Assembly (NCBI RefSeq): GCF_009914755.1
Contig: NC_060947.1
DNA from: the human T2T-CHM13v2.0 reference genome, Homo sapiens
DNA length: 64,000 nucleotides
Strand: one strand, 5' to 3'
Of this stretch, positions 58,086-64,000 are shown in pieces. The first letter of the stretch is position 1, and every line of letters begins with the position of its first letter. Position numbers and translations under genes: made by a program. Under the pieces are notes generated by a model. The model was not told the DNA's origin. It searched no databases and was given only the letters and a program-made list of their open reading frames with translations.

Positions 58086-59095
58086 TAATTAACTAACCAA
58101 AATAAATACATAAATGCATGAAAAGAAAGAAATGGGGGGAAATGGGGAAAACACAACTCTGCATAGGCGTTAATACATTAAAGTGTTCTACTTCAGGATA
58201 ATGACTTTTTTTGCCAATAACAACAATATCTGGCTTGTCTAGAAATTTCATACCAAAATACTCTTGAGAGAAGTCTGTCAGCATATATACTCCTGTGTAC
58301 ACAGGGCAAATTACTCAATCCTCCATTCAGCAAAGAGGTTTATTGTGACAATGTGCTCCTATAACTACTAAGGAAAACTGTATTGGATCCAAATGATGAG
58401 CTAAGATCTTCTTTGATAAATATGAATAGGCACTCAAGAATCATCAAATCCTTGAAGAAAACCATGACAATGAAAAAGAAGCAAGATGAACATATTAAAC
58501 AATTATCCCCAGGAGAAAGAGGCTCATTTAGTCACCCCAGAAAAAGTCAACAGGATGTTAAAACAATAAAATAAGAACACACTACTATGAAAATACATCA
58601 GTCTGATCTATAAGAAATTTAAAACTTTGTTTTTAGAATTTTTTTTAACTGAAGGAAAATTGAGAGAAAAAAAATGGCCAAATATTAAATTAGTGATCTG
58701 GAAGCCCTCGCTAGGATATTCTCCCAGAAATCTCTAAGAAAGGAAAATCAAAACATCAAGACAAAAACAATGGATTTAGTAGATTATTTGATTAGTCCTA
58801 TAACGACTAAAAAGTACTCTGTAATTAACATCTTCCCACAAATAAAGCTTCAAGCCTAGATGTCTTTGGAGACTTCAACCAAACATTTAAAGCAAAAATA
58901 AGGACAACGATACACAATCTCTTTCTACAAAGAGAAAATGAGAGGATATTTCAACCACATTATAAGGCCAACATAACTTTGATACCAAAATCTGATTAAA
59001 ACATTGTAAAGAAAAGAGAACTACAAGTGATTCTCACCCATAGAGATGTAAACATTCAAAACAAAAGATTTGCAAAGCGAATAAATAAATATATA

Positions 59096-59400
59096 GGAAC
59101 ATGGAAGGATCTGGAGGCCATTATCCTTAGAAAACTAACACAGGAACAGAAAACCAAATATTGCATGTTCTCACTTATAAATGGGAGCTAAATGATGAGA
59201 ACACGTGGACACATATAGGGGAACAACACGCACTGGGGCCTATTGGACGGTGGACATTGGGAGGAGGGAGAGAATCAGGAAAATATAACTAATGGGTACA
59301 AGGTTTAATACCTGGGTGATGAAATAATCTGTACGACAAACCCCCATGACATATAACAAACCCGTACATGTACCCCTGAACTTAAATAAAAGTGAAAAAA
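59096..59400 (+). mobile_element. Old L1PA (PA15/16-like) 3' end
   Basis: gggagctaaatgatgagaacac...gggtgatgaaataatctgtac. Confidence 0.85.
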
Positions 59401-59557
59401 GAAATATATATAAAAGAAAACATCATGAACAAGTTGGAGTTATTTCAAAAATGCAAGCGTGGCTTAAAATTTTAAAATCAACATAATTCATCACATTAAC
59501 CAAATAAAGGGGAAAAGAATCATATAAATATTTCAATCATTAAGAAAAATGTTACAT

Positions 59558-59680
59558 TACTGGGCATGCTCACATGCACCTGTAGTCCAGCTAATCGGGA
59601 AGCTGAGGCAGCAGGATCACTTGAATCCAGGAGTTCAAGACCAGCCTGGGCAACATAGCAAGATCCTGTCTCAAAAAAAA
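59558..59680 (+). mobile_element. Alu monomer (FLAM-like)
   Basis: Single-arm Alu with poly(A); aaaaatgtt on both flanks. Confidence 0.8.
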
Positions 59681-60347
59681 TGTTCTATTGCTAATAAAAA
59701 GTCTTAAAAACTAGGAATAGATAGGAATTTCCTTCATCTGATGAAGAGTAGCTACAAACAAGACTACAGCAAACATCATACTGAATGATGTAATTTTAGT
59801 AGTTTCCCCTTTAAGATCAGGAGTGAGCCAAGGATGACGACTATCTAAACTTTTAATCAGCATCGTACTAGAGATCCTAGCCAAAAAAAGGAAAGATAGA
59901 AATGCAATTGAAAAGGAAAAATTAAAATTGTCATTTTCAGGGGTATAATTGTGAATATAGAAAATTCAAAAGGATCTATAGATTATTCAAATTAATAAGT
60001 TCAGCATAGTTTCTGTATTTCTATATATCAGCCATGAACAATTACAAAACAAAGTAAAATAGTGTTTACAATAGCATGAAAAGTAAAGAGGCTCAGAATC
60101 AACGTAGCAATAGTTTTTCTCAATAGAGGATTGCCTTAATGCTGAGAAAGTCACTCTAGATGCAGGGTTGTTATAGATCTGCCTAGCAAAGCTTAAAATC
60201 AAGGCTTAACTTAGCAAAATTTTTCTAAGTAACTTAGCTTTGTTCCAGAACAAAGCGCAAAAACACATAAAGGAATACAAAAACAACCAACACACAACAA
60301 TCTGCCACAAAATGTCTGCAGTCCAATAAAGAACTACCAGGCATGCA

Positions 60348-60692
60348 CAGCCATAAAAAACGATGAGCTCATGTCCTTTGCACGGACATGGATGAAGCTG
60401 GAGACCATCATTCTCAGCAAACTAACACAAGAACAGAAAACCAAACACCGCATGTTTTCACTCATAAGTGGGAGTTGGACAATGAGAACACATGGACACA
60501 GGGAGGCGAACATCACACACGGGGGCCCGTCGGGGGTTGGGGGCTAGGGGAGGGATAGCATTAGGATAAATACCTAATGTAGATGACGGGTTGATGGGTG
60601 AAGCAAACCACCATGGCACGTGTATACCTATGTAACAAACCTGCACGTTCTGCACATGTATCCCGGAACTTAAAGTATAATAAAAAAAAAAA
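60348..60692 (+). mobile_element. Short L1PA7/8-like 3' insertion
   Basis: TSD TACCAGGCATGCA at 60335-60347 and 60694-60706. Confidence 0.92.
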
Positions 60693-61683
60693 TTACCAGG
60701 CATGCAAAGAAATAAGAAAATGTGATCCATAATAAGGAGAAAAATCAGTCAATAGAATAAAAACATAAATAACACAGATTACAGAATTAATAGACAAAGG
60801 CCATAAAACAGCAGTTATAAATTTCTGCCATGTATACAAATAGGTAGAGAAAAACATGAAGACAATGAAGAAATAAACAGAAGATATTAAAAGACTTAAA
60901 TTAAAATTCTAGAGAAAAATACAGTATCTGAGATGAAAAAAATTCAATAAAGTAACCTAACAACAGATTGTCATTGCAGAAAAAAAACGAATAAACCTTT
61001 AGACAGAGCAACATAAACTATCAGAATAAAACAGAGAGAAAATGGCTAAAAAATGAAAGAGTACCAGTGCACATCAAGTGGCCTAACATATTTGTAATTG
61101 GAGGCTGAGGCATGAGTAAGATTATTTAAAGAAATAATGGGCAAAATTTATAAATTTGATGAAAACTATAAACCTACAAACCCAAACCAAATGAATCCTG
61201 AGCATAAGAAAAATGAGAAAACATTAACTACAATCTAATTATGAAAACAGTAATAAAAAGAACAAATCTTTAAAGCAACCAGAAGTGGAGAAAAAGATAT
61301 ATGATACAGAAAATGAATAAAATTAAATCAGACTTCTCACCAGAAACAATGCAAACCCAAACACAGTGGGGAAACATCTTTGAAGCATTGAAAGTAAAAC
61401 AACAAAAATCAACCATCAATCTAGAATTCTATACCCAGTAAAAATATCTTTCAAATGTGAAAGTAAAATAAAAATATGTCCAGACATACAACAGCTAAGA
61501 AAATTCATCATCAACACACCAGCATTAGAATGAATGCTAAAGGAATTGCTTCAGGCAGAACAAGAAAAGATAAACGGAAATTTGAATATACACAAAAGAA
61601 TAAAGAGCCCTGGAAACTTAAATATGCAGATAAATATAAAACACTTTTTAAACTTATTCCTTAGTCTCTTAAAAAGATAATTG

Positions 61684-62558
61684 GCTTTGTTTACAGTTGA
61701 CAAAGCTACTTTATGAAATCAGCTGACAGAGATAAACTGTAAGAGCATTATCAGCTTGATTAGTGCATAATGTTACAGTGGGTTGCTCATCTCAGGCCTT
61801 AAAGCTTTTTGAAAACCAACAGCATCACAATTTGTTTTGGACTTTATTACACTATTATTCTCATTATGAAAATTTAGTTTTGTAGGGTTTTTCATTCTTC
61901 AAAGAGGCACAGGGCCAAATTGTTAGAGGAAGAATGCAGAACGTAAATTTGTATATTATTACTTTAATATGCCCACATTTTCCTTAAAATATTAAAAGAA
62001 GGAATCCTGCAAAATAGAAAGATTTGTTTGTAAATTCTGATAGTGAGATAATGAGCTAGTGACGGGTAATTTTTCTTTTCTTGGACACTTAATTCTGTTA
62101 TGAAACTCAATTATCACATTGCTTTTTGGCATCATATCTGGAACGCCACCATTTAAAAGTTAAGATTCTTGGTATTTGGGAGTCTTCTAGATGCTACTAA
62201 GAAAACAGGAATGAGTTTCTTTACTGAAAGTTTTTTGATGTGGTGTCATAGAATAACGTGTTGTAGACACAACCAGCTGCTTTATTACCTTAAAACTAGG
62301 CATTTGTAAGTATTAAAATTTAAGAATATGGCAGATGATGTCCCTTAAGATTCAGACTATACTTAACTAGCTCTTCAGATTCGACAACACAATTTTTCCT
62401 CTTTTAAAAAATTATAGGAGACTTGTAACTCAATACTGCTATTTTCTGTTTCTAATTTGCTGCTGATAATGTATATGCATTTAACATGCTGTGTAAGCTG
62501 TGTCCTAGTTACTAAACAGCTTATGCAATGTTACTTTGCTAAATAGTCAAAAGAAAGG
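61684..62558 (+). pseudogene. Non-L1, 3'UTR-like retro-insertion (truncated retrocopy or orphan transduction; parent unknown)
   Basis: T-rich non-repeat-looking sequence interrupting an A-rich L1; TSD AAAAAGATAA(T/C)TG at 61671-61683 and 62559-62571; degenerate A tail. Confidence 0.65.
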
Positions 62559-63848
62559 AAAAAGATAACTGTATAAATCAAAAGTAATAACAACATAGTA
62601 TGAGGCATAAAACATATGTTGGAGTAAAATGTACAATAAAAATAGCACAAAGTCTTGGGGAGGGAAATAGAAGCACTGTATACTGTTGTACAGTTCTTAT
62701 ATGACACGAAAAGTGGTATAATGTTATTTGACATTGGTACAATGTTGTTCAACATTGTACTGGAAATACTATCCAGTGGAATAAAAAAAGATACAGGGAA
62801 AGCAAGCATGAAGCTTGGAAAGGAAGGAATAAAACTGCATATATTCACAGAAGACATAATCATTTATGTAGAAAATCTTAGATAATCCACAAAGAAGCCA
62901 CTCGAACTAATATTTGTATTTTGAAAAATTTAGAGAGTATATGAGGTTAATTAATATACAAAACTGATTGCATCTCTGTATACTAGTTATGAATACACAG
63001 AAATCGAAATTTAAAAATTTAGAAGTTACCATTTAGGATACCATCCAAAAAATAAAATACATCCAAACAGCATCCAAAAAATTCAAATGAAATATTGAAT
63101 TTTAAGGAAGAAATTGACAATAGATTATCAAGAGATGTAAAACAGAATTACAAAGCATTGTTGGGAGAAATCAAAGAAGTCCTAAATAAAATGCAAAGAT
63201 ATACTGTACTGACAGATCGGAAGTTTTATTATTGTTAATATTCATTTCTACAGATCGACATTCAATATGAAGTCAATGAAAACTCTTGCAGACTTTTGTA
63301 AAAGTTGACAAGCTAATTCTAAAATTGATGTGGAAATGCAAGAAACCTAAAACAGTCAAAACAATTTAAAAAAATAAAATAAGAATTGTAGGACTCACAC
63401 TACTAAATTTAAAGATAATATAAAACTACAATAAAGACAGTATAGTATTGGTGTAAATATAGATATATAGATCAACGAAACATAGTAAAGCATGTAGATA
63501 TAGAACCATTCAAACATGGTCAATTGGTATACAGAACCAATGAAACGGCAATTATTTCAAAAAATTGTACTGGAACAATAAGATATCTGTATGCAAAAAA
63601 AAAGAACACTGACCATTACCACACACCTTACAAAAGTATTAACTTGAAATTGATTGTAGACCTAAATGTAAGGGCTAAAACTTTTAATGTTCTAGAAAAA
63701 AAAAGAAAAAATTTGAGTGACTTTAGAATAGAAAAATATTGTTTTAAATAGAACACAATAACCATGACATGTAAAAGAAAGGTGATAAATTTGTCTTCAC
63801 TAAAATTAGAGGCTTTGGCTCTTCCAAAGACACTGTTAAGAAAATTAA

Positions 63849-64000
63849 CAGGCACGGTGGCTCACATCTGTAATCCCAGCACTTTGGGAGGCCAAGGAGG
63901 ATGGATCACGAGGTTAGGAGTTCAAGAAAAGCCTGGCCAAGATGGTGAAACCCCATCTCTAGTAAAAATACAAAAACTAGCTGGGCGTGGTGGCGGGCTC
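63849..64000 (+). mobile_element. AluS (Sg-like) left arm, cut by the window edge
   Basis: ggcacggtggctcac...gatcacgaggttaggagttc. Confidence 0.9.

Larger units (their letters stand above)
58390..63848 (+). mobile_element. Nested old L1M fragments (ORF1/ORF2 pieces; 5' region plus ORF1 at ~60110-61680)
   Basis: Degenerate ORF1 (ctagaattctatacccagtaaaaatatc) and ORF2 ([20 protein letters not shown]) motifs. Confidence 0.7.

Overview
This is primate (human-like) nuclear DNA dominated by interspersed repeats. Bases ~1-31,900 are an almost continuous nest of L1 fragments (L1M/L1MA/L1PB1/L1PA), nearly all on the + strand. Alus, DNA transposons (MER2, MER5, MER58, MER63) and a full-length processed keratin-8 (KRT8) pseudogene (24102-25886) are inserted in this nest. 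Bases ~32,000-54,600 carry MIR/L2/L3 relics, two full THE1 proviruses in opposite orientations, a solo THE1 LTR and a truncated MST. Three L1 insertions in the window are 5'-inverted (twin-primed). I can support no intact protein-coding gene. The main unexplained signal lies in the unique sequence between 44.5 and 58.4 kb: a chain of minus-strand exon-like segments with AG/GT boundaries and mostly matching splice phases. They translate into one protein-like product, interrupted by a few stops and one frameshift, that by eye resembles thioredoxin-fold (PDI b-type/TXNDC16-like) domains. This is a candidate unprocessed (unitary) pseudogene. Other oddities: apparent gene conversion between two L1PB1 copies, a 102-bp local duplication of a MIR, and an ~875-bp 3'UTR-like retro-insertion. 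Subfamily calls and consensus comparisons are from memory, and boundaries of old repeats are approximate.
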